This document shows positions 26,553 through 41,307 of a stretch of 64,000 nucleotides of DNA, in pieces (positions within the stretch are counted from its first letter, which is position 1; every line of letters starts with the position of its first letter). This stretch comes from Cycas panzhihuaensis (lineage: Eukaryota; Plantae; Cycadophyta). The DNA is taken from assembly GCA_023213395.1 (NCBI GenBank), contig CM041465.1:5580001-5644000 (forward strand), read 5' to 3'. A program made the position numbers and the translations under genes. The notes below the pieces were generated by a model. It was not told the origin of the DNA. It did no database searches and saw nothing but the letters and a program-made list of their open reading frames with translations.

Positions 26553-29457
26553 GGATTTATTAGTCTCACAGTGTCAATCATTAAATCATAGATCTATTCA
26601 ATCATATATATACAATCTTAACCCATGAATTTAGTGGTGGCTAGTTTATACTAGCTTAATGTTATCATTCATTCAACCATAAGCTTGATTGATGTATAAA
26701 ATAGATGTTATAACTACATGAAATAAGATGTTGAAATTGTTGTTATTTAATATCATGCTTTAGGTTGATTTTTATGAGGACATAAGGACCTCATTTTATT
26801 ATTTTATTTTTCTTATTAATTAATTCCCATATATTTTTACAACTATCATATTATATCTTTAGATTATAAGTCTATTTATATGGCACTTTATATTTATATA
26901 AATAAGATAAATCATGAAAACTCTAGTCCTTTCATTGATGTATGGATTATTTAGGATCACATTGGTGAGATTATATTTAGTACTAGATTATTCCTTCAAT
27001 CTACCATAAATAATAGTATCAAGTATATTACTATTATTAAAGCTCCTATTAATACTTTATATATTCATATAGACTTAGTTATGATATTAACTAATTTACT
27101 TCTTGTCACTCATCAATTAAACTAGATTTACCAAGTGTTAAATCCCATACTCCATGATATCATATGTGTAGTTAGTTCATTGTTTACTCAATTTTCTAAT
27201 GATTCTATTATTCATATACATTGAGAATAAAATATTAAAGCTAATATATTAGTTAATTTAATACTTACATAAAATCTTTAGGTTATCACATATAAATACT
27301 TGGTATTAGGATAGATGTTAGACATATTATATGTATTTACATAAGATATAATATTAGCAATATTCTCCCTTAATTCCATTGAGGTCCATTACCAAAGGGA
27401 CAAATGAATTCCCAAATTTTGGCCCCCTACCCTCAGTCTAGGTAGACCATATTTGATTTTAGACTTAATAGTTAGACATGCATTAGATTATATATTTGTT
27501 GTTTCCATTTTTCTAACACTATATTTTATTACTTATATTTACTTATTATTTTATTTAATATTACATGTGATTGAGTGTTTATCTAGTTTATGACCTATGC
27601 ATATTACACTCCTTATTAATAATGATATGAGATCAATTCTCTATAACACCCATTTAGTTATGGAGATAAAATATTATATGTCATCCTATATAATATATAT
27701 TTTTATAAAAATTATGAGAAAATAAAATGATCTTACTTTTTATTTTTTATTATTACATCTATTTATTTACCATTGTTTTATATATGTGATAATTTGTCAT
27801 TATTTCACTTACTTCTTAGCTCATTTGAATATCCATTTTATATTGGTATGAGCCTATACTCCTATGAATTGGATTATATGGGCTAAACATAGGTTAAGTT
27901 CTCCTTTGAATTAGTTATCTAGTAAATTAAACAATAGTCTATGCCCTTTTAAGCTATTCAATTTAGTCAACATGATTTTTTTCTATATTTTTATCTTAAT
28001 TTTTTTTTCTTTTTACTTTAATATTGAATGAAATTATTGCTCTTGTCTATACCATTGTGTATTTCTCTTTGACTAGAAGTGAATTGAGTACTTATAGATT
28101 AGAAATAGATACTGCATGAAAGAGTTATATATTTCTTATGATTCTTCTATCTCTCATAGTCTTGTTTTTCATTTCTTGAGGTTGACTTTACGCTTGTTCC
28201 TAAAAAATAGATTCTTTCTCTAAAAAACTAACTTCATAATATCATTTATCTTTTTTCTTAATTTATTAACTATAAATACTTATTTTAATTTTAAAAACCT
28301 TAATGAAATATGTTGTTTCTCTAAGATGTAAAGTCACCATACTTATTTTCTAATGCTCAAATAAGTCTTTCTAATTTAATTTACAATCTAAACTAAAAAT
28401 TTCTACTACATGGATTTGTCACTTTAGCTATAAGAGAATTTGTTAGTTTCACTCTATAGTTTTTGCTTTATATTTTCTATGTTGCTTGTTATTAATTTTG
28501 TATTATAAGAGTTCACTTTCCATCTACATTAATATTGCATACCATCAACATATTTTAGTGATACTGCATTTATGATATTGCAACTTTCTTCATAAATTCT
28601 ATAGTATACCTTGGATATTTTTATTTATTCAGTAGTAGCACATCATTTATACTACATATTTTCTATTATCTTTTTCAATGCTATCCTTTCTACCAAGTCA
28701 TAAGTTTATTATTATTTTTAGTGGTATGATTCTCTTACTTTTATTTTTATCTTAGTTTCATTTTAAAAAAATTTAGAATTACTTAATTCATTTGTTGTTT
28801 ACTTTTTATTATCTAAATTTTATTGTTTTTACTCAAATTCTCTCATTGGGTTGTTAGTGTTCTTTTCATTTTATTTCCTTGTTTCTCTTTCACCATAGGA
28901 TTAAGTGAATGTTAATAAAAAAAAGAACAAACTAAAGAAAACCTTATCCCTTATATTGAGTTACTCCTACTTGCTCTTCATATAGGTTTATATTAGTTAT
29001 CTCTAACATTCAATAGTTGTTTGGTAGTCTCTATGTGATAGTACTCTATAAGAAAAGAGAAAAAATGAAGTAATTTACTAAGGAGGGAAACACTCAACAT
29101 ATAAGTATTTATCAAATATTTAAATCAAGTTAGGTTTATTGTAAGTTTATATTTCATTTATGGTTTATTTATTTATATAAAATATAAATAATAAGATAGT
29201 CGTCAATTAATTTATTTAAGGTGAATATATAAAATAAAATTAATACATGTAAAAGCTTTTTTAAAAAAAATTAAAAGTCACATAATAAATTTCACATAAA
29301 TTATTATATCTTAAATATAATTAACAACCATACTCTCTCATAAATTTTCATTGGCTATAGTAGCCTATTATTTATATGGTAATTTTTCCTTTTTTATTCT
29401 TAGGTATTTCTTTAAGTATTTCCATAGAGTTAAGTGTAAATGATTCCATAATAAATA

Positions 29458-29763
29458 TGAAAGGAGGATCTAGCATGTAATTCTACTAGTAAACATAAAT
29501 GCAAACAAGAGGAACGAGAGAAAGATGGCGAATAAGAAGAGCTCTCACAATGGGGAGGTAAGAATTATTTTCCTCCATTGAGATCTCACTTTATATATTG
29601 ATGAGTGAGATCCATTATGATTAAGGTTTTCCCTAATGAGATGAAATTATATATAATGTACATGAAAGTGTATTTCACTTAAGTGATCTAATTTAATGTT
29701 CACCTAAGACCCTTTTAGGAATAATAAACTAATACTATGACCTTATGCCATTAACTTGCTTCA
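29458..29763 (-). repeat. 3' LTR of element D
   Basis: TG...CA ends; homologous to the LINE-split 5' LTR and to the E LTRs. Confidence 0.9.
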
Positions 29764-32700
29764 ATAACCCCCCACCCCACTAATGGTAGAAGGTCATTCT
29801 AATCTATGAGGTCTTCATTTGAGCCTCTTATAAAGAAAACTATTTTGATACTTTTATGGAAAACCCTCATGGGGAAGAAAACCTGTGAGCTTTTTAAGTG
29901 AATGACTTAGCTCAACTGGATCTTAAATAAAGTTGGATAACCAATCAGTCCAAATAAATATATAGTTGAAATTTATTAAATCTCTAGATACTGTTTGGTC
30001 ATTCTCTATGCCCTTTTGGATTTTCATAGGTTTTAATTTTCTAAAATTGATGTGACCCTTATCCTTTCATGTGCATAAGGGATTTTCATGAATGGGACAT
30101 AGTAGAGACTTGCCAATATTTTATATCAATATATTATACTTGTACCATCTCTTGAAGTTAAGTTGAGATGGAGGATCTCAAGCCTAATTATTGCCTAAAG
30201 AGTTCAAACTTCACCCTTTGTAGTGGTTTGGTGAAGATATTGATAATATAATCTATTATGGGACAATGCTCCGATTAAATTATACCATTATAAACAAGTT
30301 CTCTAATCTTGTGGATATTTGTACTAATATACTTAGTATGATCATGAAAAATATGATTATTTTCCATGCAGATTATAGATTGATTATCCACATACAAATT
30401 GGTATGACTCATCTAGGTGATATCTAAAATATATAACAATTTTCTATTCCATATCATCTCTTTGCTAGTCCTAGGTGTAACAATGTATTTAGCTTCTATA
30501 GTTGAGTTTACTATAATCTTTTACCATTTTGATTTCTAAGAAATTGGTGTTATACTAAGAAACATCATGTACCTAGACCTAGATCTACTAGTGTCTTTAT
30601 CTCAAGTAAAATTTGAGTCTGAATATGTAATAAGCTTAAAATCTTCATTATATCCATACATCATACCATATTTATTGGTTACCTTTAGGTACTTTAACAC
30701 TCATATTACTGCCTATTAGTGACTTTCTTTAGGATAGATCATGAATCTAGCTAAAATTCCATATGAATGGGTAATATCATGCCTTATGTTAGTAGCATGG
30801 ATATGGCTAACAGCTAGTTATTTATAGAGTGTTGTATCTACACCTCTTAGGTGTCATCCTCTATTATAAGTTTTATATTTAGTTCCATTGGCATAGACAT
30901 GATCCATGCATCTTCTAACTAAAACTTTGTTAGAAGATCGTTGATGTGATTTTCTTAGGTGAGAAAGATTTTTCCATTCTATTGAGTCGTTTTAATTCCT
31001 AAGTAATATCTCATTAATCTGAGGTTAAATATTTCAAATGTCTTTGTAAGTTCCTTTTCTAATGTTTAGATTTCCTTCTCACTATTACCTACTATGGGTA
31101 TGCCATCCATAAAGACTATGAGGTATGTGACTTTGTCTTTAGTCTATTTGATGAACAAAGTTACACCAATATATTAGTAGTCACATACTTCATATTCAAG
31201 CTATCTCATCCATTCTAATAGCTTGTTGAACTATGTGCAAGGGGCTTATTTCAATTCAAACAGAGATTTTCTGAGTCATTATGCCTTTTGTGCTTGTTAT
31301 ACAATCTCAAATCCTTCTAGTTGTGCTATGTATATCTATTCTGTAAGGTTCCCATTAAGAAAAGTAATCTTTATATTCAACTGATAGATTTTTTAACCTT
31401 ACTGAGTTGCCAAGGCCACTTGAGTTCTGATTATGGGCCACTTAGTTATGGGTGCAAACACTATAATGTAGTCAATGCAATTTTTCTATGTGAAGCATTT
31501 TGCTACTAGCCTTGCCTTGTGTTTATTTAGGGTACCATCTAATTTATACTTATTCTTGTACACCCATTTTGAACTACCTTTCTTCTAAGTGATAGATTGA
31601 TGAGCTCCCATGTATTGTTTCTTATTAGAGATTAATACTCTTTATTTATAACATTTCTCCAAACTATATATTTTATAATTTCTTGGTATATGAGGGTCTC
31701 TTCATTGAAAGTAAGGTATAATTCTTCTAGTTCAAGCTTTATAATATGTGATTCATGCACTCTAGTTCTAAGGGCACCTCTAGTGTTGGTTTTACCTACT
31801 TCATCTAGTCACATATCTTTCTCAAGCTAGCAAGCTTCATGAATACCATAATTTGGGAATGAGGTTTTTATTTACATAGCCTTGTGATCTTCATTTTCAT
31901 CCTAAAATGGATCATGAGGTATAGAGAGATTTGATGATGATGATTCTTCTATAATACCATTTTTCTTTGTTAACTTGACTATAATGTGAAGTAGATGGTA
32001 TTAATGATACATGCATCGACTAGTTATCATAGTTTTATTCCTTTGTATCTAGAGTTCTATTATCATATTCTAAGATTTTTAGTAATTAATGAGTGTCTTC
32101 CCCCCTTCCAAATGTTGGAATCTAGGCATTAAATTCTTTAGTATCATTAAATTAGTACGAAAGCATCTTCAAATCAAGTCTAAGCAACTAATTCTCAATC
32201 TCTGGAAACATAACATCTCAAGTGATAATGATCTTATGTTGTAAAGGTATAAAAACCTTATACCTCTTTTTATCCATAGGGTATCTAACAAAGATACCTT
32301 TTAGGGCTCTATTTTACAACTTGTTTCTATGCTCAGCCAAACTGTAAGCATAATAAGTAGAGTTAAAAATTTTGAAGTGAGAGACAATGGGGGCTTATCC
32401 ATACAACTGTTCATGTAGAGAGGGTTAAATTCAAGAGGGACTAATAGTGTTGGTATAATACATGGTAGTCCATATAGCCTCGACCCAATGATAGATAGGT
32501 ATATTCTTGCATACCAACATAGTATAATCCATGTTCATGATGGTTGTGTTCATGCACTTAGTAACTCTATTTTACTAGGGTATACTTACAATTATAGTTT
32601 GATGTTTAATCCCACGATGATGTAAGTACATATTAAAATCATTAGATGTGTACTCACCACCATTATCAATCCTAAATGTCTTAATTAGAAAACTTGATTC

Positions 32701-33402
32701 TTTCTCGATGTGGGTCTTAAAACCTTTAAACATATAAAAAGCTTCATCTTTCTAATTAAGGAATGCAACCCATATTTTCTTAGTAAAATCATTAATAAAA
32801 ATGATATAATACCAATTCCCTTTAAGAGAAGGGATGGGCATAAGACTGCATATGTTTGAATATATAAGTTGTAAAGGTTGGCTAGATTTTTGCTAACTTT
32901 GGGGAAAGGGATATCTTTGAGATTTGTTGATGATACATGATTCACATTTGAAGGGCTTAAAAGAGAACTTAGGCATAATTAGAATGGTGACATGTAGTTA
33001 TTTCAAGTAGTCAATTTTGACATGGCCCATATAAGCATGCCATAAGGCTTCTTGGGATAGCTTTTAAGGAGTCAAGGTTGTATTAAAAGCAAAGTTGTTA
33101 TCAATATAGTTGGCTTTAGAAGATAGTAAACTAGTAAGGTAAAAAAGTTTACCATCAAGAATTTTGATCATGACCACAACATTTGAAGGAGGGTGAACAA
33201 CATAGAGAGTTTGATTATTGGAAGTTACATTTAGATCAAATCTATAGGAGATAAGGGTAGATAAGGAGAGTAGTTTTTGCTTTAGGGCAAGAATATATAA
33301 AGCATCTTAAAGAGTAAAATCTAGAAGGCTAGGAGTTTCAGTGAATGGATCTAAGTCCTTTGCTAGGTTGAGAAGACTTGTCATCCATATAAATAATACC
33401 AT

Positions 33403-33728
33403 TGAAGGTTTGAATCAAGGAGACAAAGTAGAGTAGTACATCAAGTAATCAATCCATTATATCATAAATATAATAATCTTTGTATTCAATCCATCTTTGA
33501 GCGAGTATTACAAAATGTTCAATAAGGAGGTGGTGTTGATGAACACCAAGGTTTACAACCCCATAATATAAATATTTAGGAGGAGGGAGGGAGCCCTCCT
33601 TAACCTTAAATTCAAATTATATTAAAATAATACAAAGTATAAAATAAACAAACTTGACTTACTATTAACTTACCCTTAAGTTGTGTGCACCTAAGGTGGG
33701 AATTAGGTGATGAGCATTAATCCCAATA
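33403..33728 (-). mobile_element. Solo LTR inserted in the D protease region
   Basis: Absent from E at the homologous site; TSD accat/actat; minus-strand start tattgggattaatgctc resembles the LTR at 61893. Confidence 0.75.
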
Positions 33729-33981
33729 ACTATAAACTTTTGAAGTGAAGTCTTGAAAGAAGTGGTAGTGGTAAGTCATGTGTTGAGTAGCTCAATATCT
33801 ATAATCAATGAAGAATTACTTTAGACAATGCTATATGCAACTCTAATGGGATGAGGTGATTCAAGATCGCAAGTAGCATATTAATAATGAGCCTCAATGA
33901 ATGTAGTGGATTGGTTAACATCTTAAAAAGAAGAGGTCCTAGTACAAAGGATGCGTGCATGAGAAAATTAAGTTCCAAAAT

Positions 33982-34570
33982 TATTAGAATATTAATGTAC
34001 ATTTGATTTATCCCACATGCAAGTGGGTCCTACACTTCCATCATGACTTATATTATAAATACACAATTTTCTGTATGATATTGTAATGATGTTTTATTAA
34101 TACAATGGAGGTACCTTAAGGGTACTATTTGATCCTGTGGAGGTGCTTTGTTCTATTTGTGAATATCTTATTATATGTCTATTTTCCAACTTGGTATCAG
34201 AGCGCGCAGGTTGAGAGAGGTGTTTTTGTTCAATATTAGAGCAGTGATTTGGGAGGTGCCATAATGTTAAAATTTCTGAAAAGTAATAGCGAAATTGAGA
34301 CGAAATAGCTCGTTCTGTAAAATTTGAGTGGTCGCGCTACAGATTTTGGGGTGAAAGTGCAAAAATTACAGTAAAATTAATTTTGCCCTATGTTTTTTCT
34401 GTCGCCATATTTTTGGAACAGATTTGCAACCTCAACTTCAGAGAGCCATAACTTTAGCTACAAGTATCCAAATGACCTCAAATTTTTTCTGATTATATGC
34501 GTTTTTGAATTCTCTTTCTAATGGAAGTGGTTTGAGGTTAATCATACTTTAGAATAAAAAGTTATTATTA
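33982..34570 (+). mobile_element. Truncated C-family insertion: LTR (33982-34190) + PBS (34192-34203) + leader
   Basis: LTR matches the reverse complement of 18326-18551; perfect tggtatcagagc; D gag resumes at ~34570. Confidence 0.85.
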
Positions 34571-36632
34571 AGACAATCATCATCAATATTATGGGCCCTA
34601 TAGTATTGGTAGTTCTTGATCTTATGAGTAGGAACTCAACAAGTTGTAATGTGGTGTCCTCATTTATGACACCTTTAGCACATAATTGTTGGGCTACCTA
34701 TCTTATACTAAGTAATAAGCTAGTTATTTTACCTCTTATTATTGTTTTGGCCTTGGCCTTGAGGCTATCTTTACTAATATTGGGGTTCTTTTTGACCTTA
34801 AGGACATTATCCTTGTTGTTTGCCTCCTCCTTGTTTAAGGAAATTACCATCTCCATGGGAGGGTGGACATTAATTTTTTCTATAGAAAAGAGCTTCTTCC
34901 ACATCAAAAGTGGCATCAAGAGGATCTGATGCAATGGAAAATTTTGTATCAAAGTTCTCATCAAATTTAATAAACATGTTGGTGAGGGCCTCAAAACACA
35001 AAGTCTTTAAAGTTCCACTTGATTGAAGACTTCTAAGTAGATTTTTATAATTTGGGATATGGAGACATGATTGAATCAAAAAAGCCCATGTACTACACTC
35101 AATCTTAAAATCTTTATTAATGGGTTACTTGATATATGAAAGGCGATTGATCATCTCACTAGAATATCCCTTCTACATCTTATTTTATTCATCTTCAACA
35201 CTAGGTGAACAAATTCTAAGTCCAATTTGGTATTAAAATTCTTCTTAAGAACTTCAAGGACTTTCCATGCAATATCATGTGTAGCTTCATTAATGAGGTT
35301 GTATAAGGAATAGTTAGTAATAAGAAGTATTCTTGCATAAATTTTATCATCATCAATTTCTCATTAGCATTTGCTTGTAGCATCAGCAAGAGGAGTAGAA
35401 GCGGTTCCTCTAGTAGCAAGTGTAGTAGCAGTAGCAATAACAACTAGTATATGCTATAAGCAATCTCTTTAAAGACCTTTATACTTGGCAACATTCTTGA
35501 TATGGGTGAACTATATGTCCTAATTCTCTTTTCCTTTTAGAATACAATTCACATTCTATTTGAATTATAAAGACATGATATCTATAAGAAGGGTACAATC
35601 AAGAAGGGAACTATATAAAAGTAAGAGGTAATGGCTAGCCAATCATGAAATAAATGGGAGATGAGAAAGAATGAGATGAAGTAGAATATATAATAGAAAA
35701 TGAAAGAAATATAGAGTAGTTAGAAGGTTACTTGATTATGGGCCCCTAATATAGCAGGATAAGAATAGTAACTCTAAGTATATTATCCTAGTATAATAGG
35801 ATATAAAGTGAGGTGAAGATGTATAAGAAGTCACCAACACTTATGATAATATATTCTTGAAGTTGTAGGAATGTGAAGAAATACTATGAGGTATGAAGCA
35901 CTATGATGACCAAAGACATAAGAATGATCAAGACATATAAGATAAGGAGGCCAAGAACTTACATCACTAGGATATACAACTAAAGTCCATAAGTGGGATG
36001 TGTAAACATATAGTAACCTCAACTTGAGTTCAAAGTAGATAAGGTATCGAAAAAGATGCAAGGCTCTATAGATGTATGAATTAAGGCCTTCACCTATAAT
36101 ACCCATAATAACACTTGATGATAAAATCCAAGTTATAGTAGAGCCCAAGTACTCCCACTACTCATCCCATTCACCAATAAGTAGTAATATACCTCCTCTA
36201 AAGAGTCAAATAGTATGCAAATACCCACAACTATGACATATATTAGACTAGGTAGATTAATTAACTTGTATTTAAGGTTTTCAATTTTCCTAGGTGGTTA
36301 TTAGGATTATCCCTGGATAAAGTTCATTAGTATAACTAGCCTTAACTTCACTACTATTCCTGTTATGTCCAACTAACAACTATAGCCTACACCTCCTTTA
36401 TAACACAGATTCTACCAACCAAGGTATCTTAACCAAGGCGAGTATGTGACCAAGTATAGTTAGTGCAAAAAAGAATGTATATATGAGGTTACTTTTAGGG
36501 AAGTAAAAATGTGAATCAATCAATCCTTAAAGTATAATAAAATAAAAAAATTAAATATAGTATATGTAGTGCTTTGCAAGTACTAAAATGTTGAGTAAGG
36601 GCATCAGATATTACTCTGATCGAAGTGTTTTT

Positions 36633-39600
36633 TATTAAAACATGTAACAATACCTTCTATACAACTATATTTTATATGTACTTTATACTTAATGTAATGT
36701 TAAGGGTACCCATTTGTAAATTAAGTTGTAATTGATAAACTGGTCAGGTCCACCCACTTTGTTAATACATCGACTAATGATTTCATTATATTTTTAGGGT
36801 GGTTTGCTTATAGATTAAGCCCACACCCTATGCTTTATACATTGATTATTTACCCATGTGAAATCTTTGTTGAAATGAAGAATGATAACTCAATAAATTT
36901 GATGACTGCATTATTCTGCAACTAGTTTGCATTAATATTGTAAGTTCTATCTCAAATTTTCATTGTTTTATTAATGAATACACCTAGTTTATGATCCTAC
37001 CTAATAGATTTAGCATGGTATTAGAGTGGGGTTGAATCTCAATCACTATGGTAAGGTGAAAATCCTATCATCTAAAATCTTAAGCCTGCTGATCGACTAC
37101 CCAAGAACCTATAAAGTGGATATTGATGGAGCTAAATACCCTACTACATAGTTGTCTAGCCACTTATGACTATCTCCTCTATACACAAATAAGAGTAGAT
37201 AATCCATGATGTAAGCAAAGCCTCAATAACCACATCAACCACAACAACCTCAACAACCAAGGAATCAACAACATCAATAAAATGCCACCTACATATATTA
37301 TGGGAAGAATGGACATCAAGTTATTAATTATAGGAGAGGATAGGCTAATTTTTAGATGTTTTAGAATTAAGGGGGATACTTTTGTAGGCCAAACCTTTAA
37401 CAAGGTAGACCTAACTTCTAATAAGATGGACCTAGCTTCCATTAAGGTGGACCTAGTTTTCAACTAAGAGGCCTAATCCTTTAATAAGGAGCTCTATATC
37501 TTTAATAAAGAGGCCCCAATCTTTAACAAGGAGGCCTTAGTTTTCTATAAGGAGGGACAACTTATCAATAACTAGGCCAATTCTTCCAATAGAATTAGAA
37601 CCAGAGACAAAATCAGAACCAATGCCAACCAAATAAGTAATAGTTCCAACCAAGAACTCTAAGGAACAACCAAAATATACAATAAGAAGGTAATGTGGCA
37701 GACACTTAAGACTCCTCCCAAATTTTATTCTTTATAGAATTTTCATCCCAACATGATGACAATTCTTAATTTCTAGATTTAGAGGTATCATATCATATGA
37801 TAGGTACTAAAGAGTTATTAGAGGAGATCTATCCAAATCAATCATAATTTGTCACATTTGGGGACAAGCTTACTTATGATTTGACTAAATTAGAAGGGCT
37901 CCCATTACATTAAAGGATTCTAAAATTCAATAACATATCAACAATATGTTCTTAGTCCCAAGTATGAAGATGAACCTACTCTCTATTAGTCAAATTGATA
38001 AATAGAACCTAGATGTCCTCTTTAATCAAGGCATCTATACTATCACTAATCATGCTACTAAACAACTTATTGCAATAGGACATGATGATAGTGGCTTATA
38101 CAAGCTTGATAGAGTTCTCCTCACTAATAATCCAATATAAAAATCTTGTTCAGTGGTAAAGAATAATCAACTTGATAAGGGAAAAGTAATCATAGTTGAA
38201 GAAACACCTCTTGTCCAAGAACAAGATGAATGCTCTAATTATAAAGAAAAACCTACCTCAAATAGCACTAAAGACCAACTATGGCATCAATGCCTTAGTT
38301 ACCTAAATATGTAAAGCTTAAATTTCATGTATAGGATTCATATGGTGCATGGACTTCTAATCATTTAGAGAAATAGATATATTTGTGAGGCCTACTTAGT
38401 GGGAAAATAACAAAGAGAAAATTTTCATTCAAGAATGTATGGAGAGCCTCAGAACCATTGAGATTATTCCATTTAGATATTTGTAGGTCTATGTCAGTTC
38501 TGTCTCTTAATAGAAGCCTATTTTTCATGACATTTATAGATGTCCATTCTACAAAAATATGGGTCTACTTCCTAAGGAATAAGTACCAAGCCCTTGAAAA
38601 ATTCAAAGAATTCAAGGTTGAGGTAGAGAATGAAAGTGGTATGAATATTAAAGTGCTAAGATCTAATAATGGAGAGGAATATATATCCAATCAATTCACC
38701 AACTTTTACAAATAATATGGCATCAAATGACAATTCTTCAGCACCTCGTACACCTTAATAAAATGGTGTAGTAAAAAGGATGAATCAAACATTAGTAAAT
38801 AAAGAAAATGTTGTGTTGAATATTGCCAATCTTACTACTAAGTTTCAGGTTGAAGCCATATTAATTACTATGTATTTAACAAATATAAGTGCCACAATAG
38901 TAGTTAGTGATATCACTGCTAAGGGGGCTTTGTTAAGAATGAAGTAAATAATTTGTTACTTAAAGATATTTGGACGCATAGCCTACAAATTCATTCCCAA
39001 GGAGAATAGGAAGAAATTAGATGATAAAAGCCTCAAGTGTATTTTCCTTGGTTATATTCTTAGCTACAGAGCTTATAAAGTTTATGACATTGTTGGAAAC
39101 CAAGTCTATACTACTTGGGATGTAATATTTGTTAAAAACACTCAGGACCTAGATCTTTCACAAATCCAATTTGTAGTGGAAAATGATATTGGTGCACCTA
39201 AAATGCCTCTTGTACTAATTTTGGAGCCATTAGTACCTACATACTCCTATACACTAGGTTCATATTTAGCTCCAATAACCTCAATATCTATATCAGATGC
39301 TAGCACATCAATGCCACCTATTTTAGTTAATGACCTTCAAGTGGAAGCCACTAGTTTTTAACCACCTCCCAAGTGGGTCTAACAATTATTAAAGGGTGCT
39401 CCTCCTCCCATAGCTATTAAAAGAGTATAGAAAATGAGACACTCAACCAACTTTGCCCCAATGGCACGTCGTAGAAACCTTTGATCCTTACATATTTGAG
39501 AAGGCATTTAAAGACCAAATATGAAAAACAATAATGGATGAAAAGATGAATTCCATCTTGAAAAATAAAACTTAGGAGCTAATAGATATTCCACTTAGAA

Positions 39601-40258
39601 AGAAACCAATTGATTAGAGAAGTCTTTATAAAATAAAATTTCATGTTGATGGCCCTATTAAGCATCATAAAGCTCATTTAGTATTGAAGAGTGTCTTCTT
39701 AAATGGAAAGCTCATAAAATAAGTTCTCTTAAGGCAACCTCTCAATGAATTTATTAATTGAGTGGAATAAATGAGGATTAGGTTACAAATATCTTCACCA
39801 AAGCATTTGGTAAACTATAATTTGAATGGTTTTGCCATGATCTCGACATCAAATCCAATAAAGTTTTTGTTAAGGGAGGGTGTTGTATAATGATACCTTC
39901 TATGTAATTCTATTTTGTATGTACTTTATACTTAATATAATATTAAGGGTACCCATTTATAAATTAAGTTATAATTGATAAACTAGTTAGGTTTGCCTAC
40001 TTTGTCGATACATTAGCCAATGATTTTATTGTATTTTTAGGGTGATTTTCTTATAAATTAAGCCCATACTCTATGTTTTATACATTGATTACTTACCCAT
40101 ATAGAAGCTCTACTGAAATGAAGAATAATCTCTTAACAAATTGGATGACTGCATTATTCTGCAACTAATTTACATTAATATTATGTATTCTATCTCAGTT
40201 TTCTATTATTTTATTGATGAATGCATATAGTTTATGATCTTGCCTAATAAATTTAATA
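36633..40258 (+). mobile_element. Element F: internally deleted Ty1/copia inserted in the D leader
   Basis: LTRs at 36633-37015 and 39881-40258; PBS tggtattagagt at 37016; PPT aagggaggg at 39872-39880; TSD ttttt. Confidence 0.92.
37048..39871 (+). pseudogene. Deleted gag-pol of F (partial gag, PR, INT, RT start joined to RH end)
   Basis: LWHQCL, HLDICRSM, FMTFIDVHSTKIWVYFL, IKVLRSNNGEEY; KAHLVLK followed within ~110 bp by NIFTKAF. Confidence 0.85.
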
Positions 40259-40309
40259 TTTTTTTCCTACTCACTTTGTATTTTGAATCTTTTTTCTTTT
40301 AATTTCCAA

Positions 40310-40690
40310 CAAACCCTCATTAAAGAATGACCTTTGTTTACAAAAGTGGTGATAACTTTCTACCCTAGAGTCAAAATTGAGTGTTCTTTTTTCTATTGGA
40401 AAGAGGACTTAGAGCCACTTGTATTACAACTAGAATTATGTTGAATGGAGCTCTACAATTTTTTTCAATCCCATGAAGTAGATAGAATAAATTTCTACCA
40501 AACCCTTGCTAAAAAATGACCTTTATTCACTAAAACAATAATAACATTTTATCCAGGTAACAAAATTGAGTGCTTATTTTTTTATTAGAAAGAGGACTTA
40601 GAGTCACTTCTATTTTAAGTAGAAGTAAGTTAATTGGGGATTTTTAAAATTTTTGGTAGACCTATGAATTTAACTAAGTAGATTTTTATT
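40310..40690 (-). repeat. Two ~190-bp tandem repeats in the D leader
   Basis: Units starting aaaccct..taaa.aatgaccttt at ~40311 and ~40500; homologous array at 58340-58710. Confidence 0.7.
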
Positions 40691-41307
40691 GTGACAAAAA
40701 ACTAGTTATGATATAAACTTGCAAATATCTCATCAACTAAAGAAATTTCCATTATTTTCTAATCACTAGAATCCTAATATAGTTAAGGTGAGAGCATATA
40801 ATGATGGGGATCCTAAATAGATATAAATTAAAAAAAAAAAAAAAAGGCATTATCTCCTGTTATAAATTTATTAAATTTTGGCAAAAAATATACTAGCATT
40901 TTCCCTTATAAATCTTACATATGCTGAAAAAATTTTGATAGTATTTCCCTTTATCAAATAGAAAAAGTAGGGGATAAGAAAATAAGAATGGAAAAAATGA
41001 AGGAATGGCTACTAAAGGATTGGAATCCTTGAGACTTACAACTACTTGGTGTTGTGCTCCCAAAACTTTTAAAAGAAAAGAAAGGAAAGTAAATAATACA
41101 AAATATATTATGATGAAAACTTGAAAAATCTCTAAATCCACTTACACAATCTCTATTTACCACATGGATTATAGGGGAAAAATAAGGGATGACTCCTTTA
41201 CAAGTACAAGTGAGGAATATGATATAAGTTTGCTTTGATACCATATGAAAGGAGGATCCATCATGTAAAAGCAAGAGAAAGAGAGCAACAAGAGCTCTCA
41301 TAATGGT

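Larger units (their letters stand above)
30158..35576 (-). pseudogene. gag-pol of element D (interrupted)
   Basis: Nucleotide colinearity with E gag-pol; INT-RT-RH order; heavily mutated. Confidence 0.88.

Noticed and set aside
26553-29457. PBS-like tggtat strings and a possible LTR in an AT-rich stretch
   Set aside because: No partner LTR, PPT or coding evidence
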